A stretch of 64,000 nt of DNA from Azolla caroliniana (lineage: Eukaryota > Plantae > Polypodiophyta), in contig JBHGNT010000021.1 in the NCBI GenBank assembly GCA_043228905.1, forward strand, positions 11,036,001 to 11,100,000, written 5' to 3'. The first letter of the stretch is position 1, and each line of letters opens with the position of its first letter. A program made the translations under genes and the position numbers. A model generated the notes under the pieces. It did no database searches, had not been told where the DNA came from, and was given only the letters and a program-made list of their open reading frames with translations. Positions 33,401 through 43,862 of this stretch are shown here, piece after piece.

Positions 33401-35786
33401 CCGGCCGAAGAAGATGAAAATAATACCGGAACCGGCCCCGATCCCGAAATGGATTCGGATGAAGAAGAATCGGAAGAACCGGTTACCAAAGATCCGGAAC
33501 GGAGATATCCTCTAAGAGAGAGAAGGGCCCCCCGGAGATTTCCGGAACCAGAGCACGTGCTGCTAACCGACGAAGGGGAGCCGGAAAGCTTTGAAGAAGC
33601 GAAGCATGACACCCATAGCCGTAGGTGGTTAAGTGCCATGCAGGAGGAGATGGATTCCCTGCATGAGAACCACACATATGAACTTATGGAGCTGCCGAAA
33701 GGAAAACGGGCACTCCGTAACAAGTGGGTGTTCAAGCTGAAACCGGGAGATGCCGGAAACCCCCCGAGATACAAAGCCAGGATCGTGGTGAAGGGGTTTC
33801 AGCAGAAGAAGGGCGTCGACTTCGACGAGATATTTGCCCCGGTAGTGAAGATGACCTCCATTCGGACGGTGCTGAGCATAGCGGCAAGCATGGACCTCGA
33901 GGTAGAACAAATGGACGTGAAGACGGCATTCCTTCACGGTGACCTCGAAGAAGAGATCTACATGCAGCAACCGGAAGGATTCGAGAAGAAAGGGAAGGAG
34001 CACCTGGTATGCCGGTTGAAGAAGAGCCTTTACGGACTGAAGCAGGCTCCCCGGCAATGGTACCGGAAGTTCGACTCCTTCATGACCGACGAAGGGTACC
34101 ACAAAACGCAGTCCGATCACTGCGTGTTTATGAAGAAGTTCGAAGGAGGAGACTTTTTAATACTCCTCCTATACGTGGACGACATGTTGATCGTCGGACG
34201 GGACCAGGTCAAGATACCGACGCTGAAGAAAGCGCTTCACCGAACCTTCTCAATGAAGGACCTGGGTCCGGCGAGGCAAATACTAGGGATGCACATCATC
34301 CGGGACCGGAAGAAGAAGCAGTTGTGGCTGTCACAGGAGAAGTACGTGACAAAGGTGCTTCAACGGTTCAACATGTCGGAAGCAAGACCGGTCGGGTCAA
34401 CCCTCCCGGCAAACTGCAAGTTGTCCAGCAAGCAAAGCCCCAAGACAAAGGCTGAGAAGGAGGACATGATGAAAGTGCCATATGCCTCTGCCGTCGGAAG
34501 CTTGATGTACGCAATGGTGTGTACAAGACCGGACATTGGATACGCAGTCGGAGTGGTGAGCCGGTACATGAGCAATCCCGGCAAAGAGCATTGGAACGCG
34601 GCCAAGTGGATACTCCGAGACCTGAAGGGCACGGCAAACGCGTGCCTCCGATTCGGCTCCGGTAAGCCCGAACTCGACGGCTTTACCGATTCGGATATGT
34701 CGGCTGATGCAGATACCAGCCGGTCCACATCAGGGTATGTGATGACGTATGCAGGGGGAGCTGTTTCATGGCAGTCGAGGCTGCAGAAGACGGTTGCGTT
34801 GTCAACCACGGAGGCGGAGTACATGGCGGCTGTTGAAGCCGGCAAGGAAATAATATGGATGAAGGACTTCATTAGAGAGCTCGGTATCCAGCAGGAGGAG
34901 TACCGACTCTACTGCGACAGTCAGAGTGCCATCCACCTTGCGAAGAACGCGGCTTATCACTCCCGGACAAAGCACATCCAGCGAAGATATCACTGGATCC
35001 GGGAAAGGATAGAAGACAAGGAGTTCGTGTTGACGAAGGTCCACACGGACGAGAACGGGTCGGATATGCTGACCAAGGTGCTCACACCCGACAAGCTGGA
35101 AGCATGCCGGAAGAGGATCGGATTGGAGAGACATCCCATGCCGAAGTGAAGGGGGAGTTTGTTGGGATTTCGGTCCCTCCGGATGGGATGTCCGGAGATG
35201 AATGACGGCAAGCCCGGTTGCGGTTACGGAGCCGGATGATGAAGACCCCGGCTACGGAGCCGGATGATGAAGACCCCGGTTACGGAGCCGGATGACGAAT
35301 GTACCCGGAGAGAGATCCGGATGCGGAGACATATTTGTGAATATGTTTGCCAAGAGCCCTTGAGGCTATATTTGTAAATAGCCCGAAAGTCATATGTGTA
35401 TAAATATGACTTAGGGCAAACAGTTAAGTCTGTTGCTACTCATTTTTCTGTTTTTCCACTCAAGAGGAGTGAAGAGAGAGCAGCCGTGAGAGAGATAGAG
35501 CGCGAGAGAGGAAGAGGTCGACGCCTCTGTGTATTTCCGCCGCCTGTGGCGAGAACAGCGAGCTCAAGGTCGTCGCCTTGTAGCTCGCCATTGTATACTT
35601 CTCTGTGCATAGTCTTGGTTCGGAGTCTTGTACTCCCGTGGTTTTTCCCGTACAGGGTTTTCCACGTTAAATCGTGTGTCCGCTTATTTCGTTTTGCATT
35701 TTCCTATTTTCTGCAACAACGATTCGTGTGTTTTCTTTGGTTGTGGCCGAGAGGTGAAGTTTGGAAAGTCTCGATTATTTCCATCA
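30419..35786 (+). mobile_element. Intact young Copia A2, TSD GGGGA
   Basis: 627-bp LTRs 30419-31045 and 35160-35786 (2 differences seen); PBS-Met 31049-31060; PPT GAAGGGGGAG ~35148-35157. Confidence 0.97.
31076..35149 (+). CDS. Copia gag-PR-IN-RT-RH polyprotein
   Basis: CFHCGKSGHFRKNC, VVDSGAS, WHKRLCH..CTDC, YVDD, HSRTKHI in one open frame. Confidence 0.95.
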   Translation: MEGGGSGQPGMMVLNAQNYADWKIKMEDLLIVRDLYEPIDRSEIPKGVLESEWRLLNRKAVATIRQYVDVSVLQHVANDINAYEMWRKLSGLYERKNALNRTSLMRKIVNLKYRDGESMVGHVSTFMGFVNQLAAIKFPLEDAMQAIILMCTLPESWENLVVTLSTSCTEDNLSLQTVKTSILNEEACRRDKEPASDSKALLTESDRGRQWNRSPQRREKSGTRSQSRGRPTCFHCGKSGHFRKNCRHYRKDNGADDTDSKKSPERNGAYRGATDRRGPDRRGQDRKGTTALAASEEEIMLITEERELNLAGVEMTWVVDSGASFHLTPERRYFSSYTAGEHGCVRMGNEGTCRIAGIGDVWLTTPTGCKMLLKDVRHVPEVRLNLISAGRLDDEGYTGSIRNGVMKFSKGSLIVARARKVNTLYLMNSRLCPEELNVAADTAGELWHKRLCHMSEKGMKRLAEDNLIPVKHVHLEKCTDCLAGKQNRTSFHSRPPTRRSAPLELVHTDVCQVETKSHGGAQYFVTFIDDHSRKLWTAPLKTKDQVLSVFKELHARVERESGKKLKAIRADNGGEYRGQFQEYCRSKGIRLKFTVPKTPELNGLAERMNRTIMERVRSMLAHAGLPKGFWAEAMSTATYVINRSPSVPLDGDTPQRVWTGREVSYWHLKVFGCLAYVHVAKDRRGKLDPKTRPCIFLGYGNEEFGYRVWDPVDKKIFRSRDIIFMENKTLADWESEKKMKSSKSTGEDQLYEEQSRPARDRLALEDPAEDGEETEPAEEDENNTGTGPDPEMDSDEEESEEPVTKDPERRYPLRERRAPRRFPEPEHVLLTDEGEPESFEEAKHDTHSRRWLSAMQEEMDSLHENHTYELMELPKGKRALRNKWVFKLKPGDAGNPPRYKARIVVKGFQQKKGVDFDEIFAPVVKMTSIRTVLSIAASMDLEVEQMDVKTAFLHGDLEEEIYMQQPEGFEKKGKEHLVCRLKKSLYGLKQAPRQWYRKFDSFMTDEGYHKTQSDHCVFMKKFEGGDFLILLLYVDDMLIVGRDQVKIPTLKKALHRTFSMKDLGPARQILGMHIIRDRKKKQLWLSQEKYVTKVLQRFNMSEARPVGSTLPANCKLSSKQSPKTKAEKEDMMKVPYASAVGSLMYAMVCTRPDIGYAVGVVSRYMSNPGKEHWNAAKWILRDLKGTANACLRFGSGKPELDGFTDSDMSADADTSRSTSGYVMTYAGGAVSWQSRLQKTVALSTTEAEYMAAVEAGKEIIWMKDFIRELGIQQEEYRLYCDSQSAIHLAKNAAYHSRTKHIQRRYHWIRERIEDKEFVLTKVHTDENGSDMLTKVLTPDKLEACRKRIGLERHPMPK

Positions 35787-38491
35787 GGGGAAATGGCCGA
35801 TCAACACCAAGCACGGGTGGAAGATACGGGCAGCGACGCGCGCCACCGAGGAATTACACGGGGCCTGCCCAAACGTGTGAGTCAAGATCAGCGACGTCGA
35901 GATAGATCAGCACTTCTTTGTGCAGGAGACGTCCTCGCACCCGGTCATACTGGGAGAACCGTACATTACGGCAGCACGGATGGAGACCAAGGTACTGGAC
36001 AACGGGTCGGCTTACGCGAAGGTCAAGAGTCAGGACGGGCGTCATTCGGTCCAGTTCCTGACGGTGCGACCGAACCACGAGCAAAACCGCGAGTCCCTCG
36101 GTGGCGAGAACCGAGAGGATTTTTAGAGAGGGTTGTGAAGGCGTGGGGCCGTGACAGTCCGGACACTCGGGGAAAACCCCACAAATGTACGATAGAGGCG
36201 AAACCGAAGAAACCTTGTACCATAAGTAGGAAGTTTTGTTTCTCCGACAACGGAGGGTGTACGATAGTCGGCGTCGTAGGCCGAGAAAAGACAAGGGCGG
36301 AAGAGCGACTCCGGGCGTGCGGAGTTCTCGGGCCCAGCGAGGAAATCAACGGAGCCGTGGAGGCGGTCTGCTTCGACAATACCTTGGGAATGCTGCGAGA
36401 GGTGGTCGGAGAGGGCCTTAAAGAGGACCAGACGATACCGGTTTGTTCAGAAGAGATGTACGAAGTCATCGCGGACTTCAGTCGAGGGCTCAAGTAGGAT
36501 CGGACGGCACGGGTTAACACGAAGTACAAGACTGTGGACCGGATGGTAAGGCCAGTCGCGGCACCCTTACCGGAGGGCAGCGAGTTGCGAATCAAGGGGG
36601 TCGCGTCGGACCCCAGTTTACGAGATTCGGCCTGCATAGGGCACGCCTTCACCGACAGAATGCTACGGGAGCTCAAAATCGGTGGGGGCGGATTCCTACT
36701 GTCGGCGGAAGAAGACCGGTTTCGGAGAATGCTCGGAAGGCATGGGAAAGCCTTCGCATTCTCACCGGGGGAGATCGGGTGCGTAGACCCGACGGTCGTG
36801 AAGCCGATGGTGATATTCAAGGTACTGCATGTGCTGTGGAATCTCAAGCCAATTTCGGTACCGAGAGCTCACATCCCGGAGTTGATGGAGCTATTGAGGC
36901 AGAAAGTTGATATGGGCATCCTCGAACCGTCGAGTGCCCCGTACTCGAACCGGTGGTTTACCGTACCGAAGAAGAACGGGACGTTACGCTTCATTCAAGA
37001 CCTGCAACCGGTCAACAGAGTGACCATTCGGAACGCAGGAATCGGACCAACGATAGAAGAGTTCGCGGAGGCCTTCGCCGGAAGGTCGATCTACTCGGTC
37101 GGTGATCTGTACTCGGGGTACGACCAGTTCCAACTAGCCGTAGAGAGCAGAGACATTACGACGATGCGGACTCCTCTCGGCCTAGTGCGGATGTGTACCC
37201 TACCACAAGGAGGGACGAACTCGGTGGCCCACATGGTGAATGCGATGAACAAGGTGCTGAGGGACTGTATCCCGGACATCACCATGCCATTATTGGACGA
37301 CATCCCGATCAAGGGATGTCCGGTGGAGAAAAAGGATGAAACGATCGGACCGGACGGATGCCGGAGATTCGTGGCGACACACATTGACGACTGCGAGAGG
37401 GTGCTGCAAAGGCTAGAGGACGCGAGGCTCACCTTCTCCGGGGAGAAATCAGCCTTCGGGCAACCAGAGATAATGGTCGTCGGACATCTATGCGGACCGT
37501 ATGGCCGGAAACCGTCTCCGGCTAAGGTGGAAGCCATCTCCGCAATGAAGCCCGATTGTAACTCGGTCACGGAGGTGCGCAGGTTCTTGGGAGCATGCGC
37601 GTTCTACCACATATGGATCCCGCATTACGCCCACGTTGCCGAGCCGCTATACGGGTTGCTGAAAAAGGGGCGAAAATTCGAGTGGCGAGTCAAGCATACG
37701 GAGTCGGTCCGAAAAATGAAGGAGGCTCTTGCTGCAGCTCCTACACTCCGGAAGGCCGTCTACGAGAAAAGCACCCCCATCTACATAACGGTAGATACAA
37801 GTCCGACCGGGATCGGATGGGTCGTCAACAAAGAAGATGAGGACGATATTCGGTTCCCAATCCGGTTCGGCGCGAAGGTCCTCAGCGAGCGGCAGCGAGG
37901 ATACGCCCAGGTTAAACGCGAACTCTGGGGTATCGTTTTGGCGGTAAAGGCCAATAAAGACTATCTGATCGGGACAGAGGTGATTATCGAGACGGACTGC
38001 CTGCCGATTCTCGGCATGGTTTCCGGATGCGCAACCCCGGACCTGGCAATGCTCAGGTGGATAGCGTACATCAAGTCCCTGTATCCGGAAATACGACACA
38101 TTTTTGGGAAAGACAATGCCATGGCCGACATGCTTTTGAGGGCGCAATTCGACGACGAGGTTGGCATGGTTTCGGAGGACAAGGAAGTCGGCGTAGACTT
38201 CTTCGAGGCTGCTTATGTAACAACCGAGGGGGGAAGCACTCCGGCGCTTAACGATTTCAACGAGAGCAAGTACGACGGGGAGTGGCTGCATATTGGGGGA
38301 TTCTTAAGGACGATGATGCCGGACGCGTCATGGACAAGGGACGAGGCCAACCGAATCCGGAAGAAAGCGTACCGATTCTTTCTCCGGGACGGATACTTGT
38401 GGAAGCACCCGAAGAAGAGAAACGGCATCCCGCTCCGAGTAGTGGCGATGAAGGAGGAACAGGAGGAGTTGCTAAAGGCCTACCACGATAG

Positions 38492-41400
38492 TGTTAAGAA
38501 AACGTGAAGAAGGCACTCGGGCTCTTCTTATGTGCACGGCGGATCGTGGTGTGCTAGATCGTTTAGTGCTCAAACACAGAAGGGAAGGGGGAAGGAGACT
38601 TACCTCTGTAGCAGCCAAAAACTTCTTCTATTTCATTATACGCGGAGCTCTACTTGCTCTCTTTTGCTCTCACTCTCTGAGCTCTTTCTCTCTATACTCA
38701 CTATCTAAGTAATAAGTTACTTACGTATGCAGCTAAATAGCTGCCAGTAGCTAATTAGCTGTCAGTCGCTAAATAGCTGTCAGTAGCTAATTAGCTGTCA
38801 GTAGCTAATTAGCTGTTTCTCCTTTATGTTCACAAGTAGCTAAATAACTACTATAGCTTATTTCCCAATAAGCATCGCATACCATGTTGAGCTTGCTTCT
38901 CAACACTCCCCCTCAAGCTCAACTTATCCTTTCTTGGGGTTATCTACAACTTCTTTTTCATGATGCTTTTCAGCCATCATATCAATGTCTACAACTCCCA
39001 TCATGTTCCGAAACTGTGTATGCTTTTCCACACTCAATCCCTTTGTGAGAATATCAGCAACCTGCTGATTTGTATTCACATACACCAGATCAACTTCTCC
39101 TTCAATCACTTTTTCTCTAACAAAGTGATAATGCACTTCAATGTGCTTTGTTCTTGCATGGAACACAGGGTTCTTTGCAAGTTGAATGCTGCTCATGTTG
39201 TCACACCAGATTGTGACAGTACCTTCTATATACTCTCCCAAATCAACAAGCAATCTTCTAATCCATACCTCTTCACAAGTGGCTATGGCAACTCCTCTGT
39301 ACTCAGCTTCAGTACTAGACAATGCAACAGTAGCCTGTTTCTTGCTACTCCATGAAATACCTGCACTTCCCAATGTAAAGATATATCCACTTGTGGATCT
39401 TCTATCTGTTTGGCTTCCAGCCCAATCAGCATTTGTATATCCTTCCAGATTTATGTCCAAATCAGCCCTGTAAAACAATCCATAGTTCTGAGTAGCTTTT
39501 ACATACCTCAGAATTCTTCTAATGCAGTCCAAATGCGGCTTTGTTGGCTGTTGCATAAATTGGCTAACTAATCCAACTGCATAACTCAAATCAGGTCTTG
39601 TTATGGTCAAATAAATAAGGCTGCCCACCATAGACCTGTACATGTTTACATCTTCTATTTTGGCTCCCAAATCAGCCCTCAATTTGCAGTTTTTATCTAG
39701 TGGTACTCCAATAGGTTTGCATCCAAGCATACCATACTTTTTCAACATAGTTGTTGCATATTGTCTTTGCAACACACATATACCACTTTCAGATCTGATG
39801 ATTTCAATACCCAAAAAATATCTCAGATCTCCCAAATCTTTCATATGAAATTTCTTTTCCAAATTTCTTTTCAGCTTACTTATCTCATCCATGAAATCAC
39901 CTCCAATGATGAGATCATCAACATAAATCAGAATCACAACCATACAATCATCTTTCCTTTTAACATACAATGATGAATCAGCCTTTGACCTTTTGAAGTC
40001 AAGTTTTTTCAGATAATCTGAAAGTTCCCTGTGCCATGTTCTTGGTGCCTGTTTCAGTCCATAGAGAGCCTTTTTCAGCTTACATACATAATCTGGATGC
40101 TTCCTATCTTCAAAACCTGGTGGTTGAAACATATACACTTCTTCTTCCAAGTTACCATGTAAAAAGGCATTTTTTACATCCATATGATGAAGAAACCATC
40201 TTCTGGCTGCACCTACAGCCAGTAATGTCCTCAATGTTGCCATCTTTGCAACCGGTGCAAATGTCTCATCATAATCAATTCCTTGCATTTGGGCATATCC
40301 CTTTGCAACCAATCTTGCTTTATGTCTACTTATATTCCCATAGGAATCATGCTTTGTCTTGTAGACCCATTTGCAACCTACCACATTTTTTCCTTTTGGT
40401 AACTTCACCAAATCCCATGTTTTGTTTTCAGCCAATGCATCAATCTCTTCTTGCATTGCATCCACCCATTTCTTCTCAGTTTTAGCCTCATCAAAACTAC
40501 TTGGATCAGGGATCTGTACCACCTTAGACATGTATGCATAATGCATAGCCATGTATGTATCATAACCAAATCTTTCAACAGTTTTTTTCTCTCTATCTGA
40601 TCTTCTCAGTTTCTGATTTGCATCCTTCAATGCTTTTTCCATACCAGGGATTTTCAATCCTCTTATACCAAGAAGATCATCCAATGACACATCTGAATCC
40701 TCATCTTCCATGTTTTTAGACAAGTCATCCAACATTTCATACTCTGGCATTTTCTGTTTTCCTTTTTTATCATCACATTTTTTGTGTCCTCCACTTTTTC
40801 CACTCCAAGAATTTGAATCAGATTTACCATCTGAGCTTTTTGATGGTCCAGAACATTCTGTTGATGTTGGACTTTGCTGTCCAACCTTGCTTCCATCTCT
40901 GTGGCAGTCTTCTATGTTTTCAGATTTGTCTTTGTCTTCAATCTCATTGTCTTGATCAGTCTCTGGATTCTGTTTTGGACTATACCAGTTGGCTAACTCA
41001 TCAAAGATTACATCGCTACTTGTCACAATCTTCTTTGTTACAGGGTTATAGCATCTATACCCTTTTTGTTCTTCTGAATAGCCAACAAAAATACATTTTT
41101 CTGCCTTTGGATCCAACTTACTTCTTACTTCTGCAGGCACATGTACATATGCAAGGCATCCAAACACTTTTAAGTGTTCTATACTAGGTTTCCTTCCATA
41201 GAAACACTCTTCAGGAGTTGCTTCATGTACTCCCGATGTTATACATCTATTTAGAATATAATTTGATGTATTTACAGCTTCTGCCCAATAGTACAATGGC
41301 ATATTCTTCTCTGTCATCAAAGCCCTTGCAATGTTCACCAATGTTCTGTTTTTCCTCTCAGCAACTCCATTTTGTTGTGGAGTATATCTACATGTGAACT

Positions 41401-43862
41401 GTCTTCTTATTCCCTGATTGCATAGAAAATCAGAAAATTCATTGGAGAAATACTCTCCTCCTCCATCAGATCTTAAACATTTTATTCTTGTACCTGCCTG
41501 CTTTTCTACCATGCATTTAAACTTACGAAAACATTCAAACACTTCACTTTTCTCTTTCATGAAGTACACCCATGTTTTCCTTGAGCAATCATCAATAAAA
41601 GTTACATAAAATCTGCAGCCACCGATAGATGCATTCTTAGTTGGTCCCCATACATCCGTATGTACCAAATCCAACAAATTTTTACTTACATGTCTTTCAT
41701 GAGGGAATGGCAACCTATTTTGCTTTCCATATTGACATGCTTCACATATCTTTCCCATTTCACAATTTTTCAGTTTTGGCAATCCAACCACTGCATCTTT
41801 TCTCAACATATTCTTTAGGGTTTGCATACTTATGTGGCCAATCCTTTTATGCCACATTTCCACATCTGAGACTACACTCATTCCATTTGCAAACATAGCT
41901 GAAATCTGTCTAGGCATGTCAACATCCAAAATAAACATTCTTCCTTGTCGTTTTCCTTTTGCAATGAGCTTCCCATTCTTTTCTATATAGCATCCACTTT
42001 GCTTAAACTTAACTTGCATACCTTGCTCTACTATCTGTCCAACAGAAATCAGATTCTTAGCAAGATTTGGAACATGCATTACATTCAACATATACTTAGT
42101 CTTTCCTTTTTCTTCCCACAATGGAATATCTCCAACATGTTCTATTTGGTGAGTACTATTATCACCCGTCTGTACATAGCCAGGAATCTCTGGTTCTCTC
42201 AACCTTTCAAACCAGTTTGCATGTCCAGTCATATGATTAGATGCCCCCGAGTCTACATACCATGTAAACTCTTCATTACATTTCTGTGAGCTTTCAGCCA
42301 CTGCTGCTATCTCATGTTGTACCACAAATGCACCATCTTTTTCACAATCTTCACTAGTTTGGGCATAGTTATTCTGCTGTCTCTTTCCTCTTTGCTCATC
42401 ATTTTGCTTCTTGTAACATTCAGCCTGTGTGTGGCCTGGTTTTCCACAATACCAACAGCCATCATCATTTACATATGTTTTCTTACCTCTACCTTGGTTG
42501 CTCCCCCTGCCTCTGTTGTTGTTTCTTCCTCTAATGGTTTGTTGTCCTCTTCCTTGATAACCATTATTGTTGGTTCTTGCTGAGCCAAATCTTCCATGGC
42601 CTCTTCCTCGGCCTCTTCCGGCACTATTATATAGGGCTTGCCCCTCATTCTCAAGATTTCCTTTATTTACATCATCCATCTGATTCCTTTCTTCTACTAC
42701 AAGCATTGAAACCAGATCTGAGAAACTTGGGATACTATCCCTTGTAAGCATAGAGGTTTTAAAGCTTTTGTATTGGGGTCCCAAGCCTCTCAAGCATATT
42801 TCTACCTTATCATCATCTTCTATCTTTACATTGATAGAAGCAAGTGATTCACATATGCTCTTTATTTTCAAGGCATACTCATTTATTGACATCTTACCTT
42901 TTTCTAAGGTATTTAGCTCAGTCTTCAACTGTAGCTTTCTAGCTTTTGTGTTTACTGCAAACAGTTTTACCAAACTGTCCCAAGCTTCTTTTGGGAGCAT
43001 AGCATCCTGTATGTGCCCAAGCATCGAATCTGAGATGCTAAGTGAGAGCCAATGCATTACCTTCCTTGCCCCTTGATTCCAATCTTTGAATGCTTTAATC
43101 TGTGCTGCTGTGGCATTTTCTTCTGGGATCTCCGGAGCCTCTTCTAGGTCTCCTTCAATGTAATCCCAGTATCCTTTCCCCATTAGGAAATTTGTCATTC
43201 TAAATTTCCACGCCGGGAAATTGTTTTTATCTAGTTTCTCTGTAACTATTTGGCCCGCATTCTCTGCAGCCATTATCTCTTCTAAACAAGGGTTTCTGCT
43301 ACGATTACTTCAACAAGTAACTTTCTGATTCAGATTAGCAAACAGAGAAATACCTTTCTCAGATCAATGCACTTTTGTACTCTTCTTTATGAGCAACTCT
43401 GCTCTGATACCATGTTAAGAAAACGTGAAGAAGGCACTCGGGCTCTTCTTATGTGCGCGGCGGATCGTGGTGTGCTAGATCGTTTAGTGCTCAAACACAG
43501 AAGGGAAGGGGGAAGGAGACTTACCTCTGTAGCAGCCAAAAACTTCTTCTATTTCATTATACGCGGAGCTCTACTTGCTCTCTTTTGCTCTCACTCTCTG
43601 AGCTCTTTCTCTCTATACTCACTATCTAAGTAATAAGTTACTTACGTATGCAGCTAATTAGCTGCCTGTAGCTAATTAGCTGTCAGTCGCTAAATAGCTG
43701 TCAGTAGCTAATTAGCTGTCAGTCGCTAAATAGCTGTCAGTAGCTAATTAGCTGTCAGTAGCTAATTAGCTGTTTCTCCTTTATGTTCACAAGTAGCTAA
43801 ATAACTACTATAGCTTATTTCCCAATAAGCATCGCATACCATGTTGAGCTTGCTTCTCAACA
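38492..43862 (-). mobile_element. Full-length Copia B, TSD GATAG
   Basis: LTRs 38492-38905 and 43413-43862; PBS-Met 43401-43412; PPT at 38906-38918. Confidence 0.97.
38924..43273 (-). CDS. Copia gag-pol polyprotein, 1449 aa
   Basis: CWYCGKPGHTQAEC, YVDSGAS, WHKRIGH..CEAC, YVDD, HARTKHI. Confidence 0.96.
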   Translation of the reverse strand: MAAENAGQIVTEKLDKNNFPAWKFRMTNFLMGKGYWDYIEGDLEEAPEIPEENATAAQIKAFKDWNQGARKVMHWLSLSISDSMLGHIQDAMLPKEAWDSLVKLFAVNTKARKLQLKTELNTLEKGKMSINEYALKIKSICESLASINVKIEDDDKVEICLRGLGPQYKSFKTSMLTRDSIPSFSDLVSMLVVEERNQMDDVNKGNLENEGQALYNSAGRGRGRGHGRFGSARTNNNGYQGRGQQTIRGRNNNRGRGSNQGRGKKTYVNDDGCWYCGKPGHTQAECYKKQNDEQRGKRQQNNYAQTSEDCEKDGAFVVQHEIAAVAESSQKCNEEFTWYVDSGASNHMTGHANWFERLREPEIPGYVQTGDNSTHQIEHVGDIPLWEEKGKTKYMLNVMHVPNLAKNLISVGQIVEQGMQVKFKQSGCYIEKNGKLIAKGKRQGRMFILDVDMPRQISAMFANGMSVVSDVEMWHKRIGHISMQTLKNMLRKDAVVGLPKLKNCEMGKICEACQYGKQNRLPFPHERHVSKNLLDLVHTDVWGPTKNASIGGCRFYVTFIDDCSRKTWVYFMKEKSEVFECFRKFKCMVEKQAGTRIKCLRSDGGGEYFSNEFSDFLCNQGIRRQFTCRYTPQQNGVAERKNRTLVNIARALMTEKNMPLYYWAEAVNTSNYILNRCITSGVHEATPEECFYGRKPSIEHLKVFGCLAYVHVPAEVRSKLDPKAEKCIFVGYSEEQKGYRCYNPVTKKIVTSSDVIFDELANWYSPKQNPETDQDNEIEDKDKSENIEDCHRDGSKVGQQSPTSTECSGPSKSSDGKSDSNSWSGKSGGHKKCDDKKGKQKMPEYEMLDDLSKNMEDEDSDVSLDDLLGIRGLKIPGMEKALKDANQKLRRSDREKKTVERFGYDTYMAMHYAYMSKVVQIPDPSSFDEAKTEKKWVDAMQEEIDALAENKTWDLVKLPKGKNVVGCKWVYKTKHDSYGNISRHKARLVAKGYAQMQGIDYDETFAPVAKMATLRTLLAVGAARRWFLHHMDVKNAFLHGNLEEEVYMFQPPGFEDRKHPDYVCKLKKALYGLKQAPRTWHRELSDYLKKLDFKRSKADSSLYVKRKDDCMVVILIYVDDLIIGGDFMDEISKLKRNLEKKFHMKDLGDLRYFLGIEIIRSESGICVLQRQYATTMLKKYGMLGCKPIGVPLDKNCKLRADLGAKIEDVNMYRSMVGSLIYLTITRPDLSYAVGLVSQFMQQPTKPHLDCIRRILRYVKATQNYGLFYRADLDINLEGYTNADWAGSQTDRRSTSGYIFTLGSAGISWSSKKQATVALSSTEAEYRGVAIATCEEVWIRRLLVDLGEYIEGTVTIWCDNMSSIQLAKNPVFHARTKHIEVHYHFVREKVIEGEVDLVYVNTNQQVADILTKGLSVEKHTQFRNMMGVVDIDMMAEKHHEKEVVDNPKKG

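Larger units (their letters stand above)
28630..36126 (+). pseudogene. Y gag-protease (split by Copia A2)
   Basis: CIWCDEVGHI zinc knuckle; ALVDHGSEINLM; rejoins as FYRKG|KWPINTKHGW. Confidence 0.85.
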
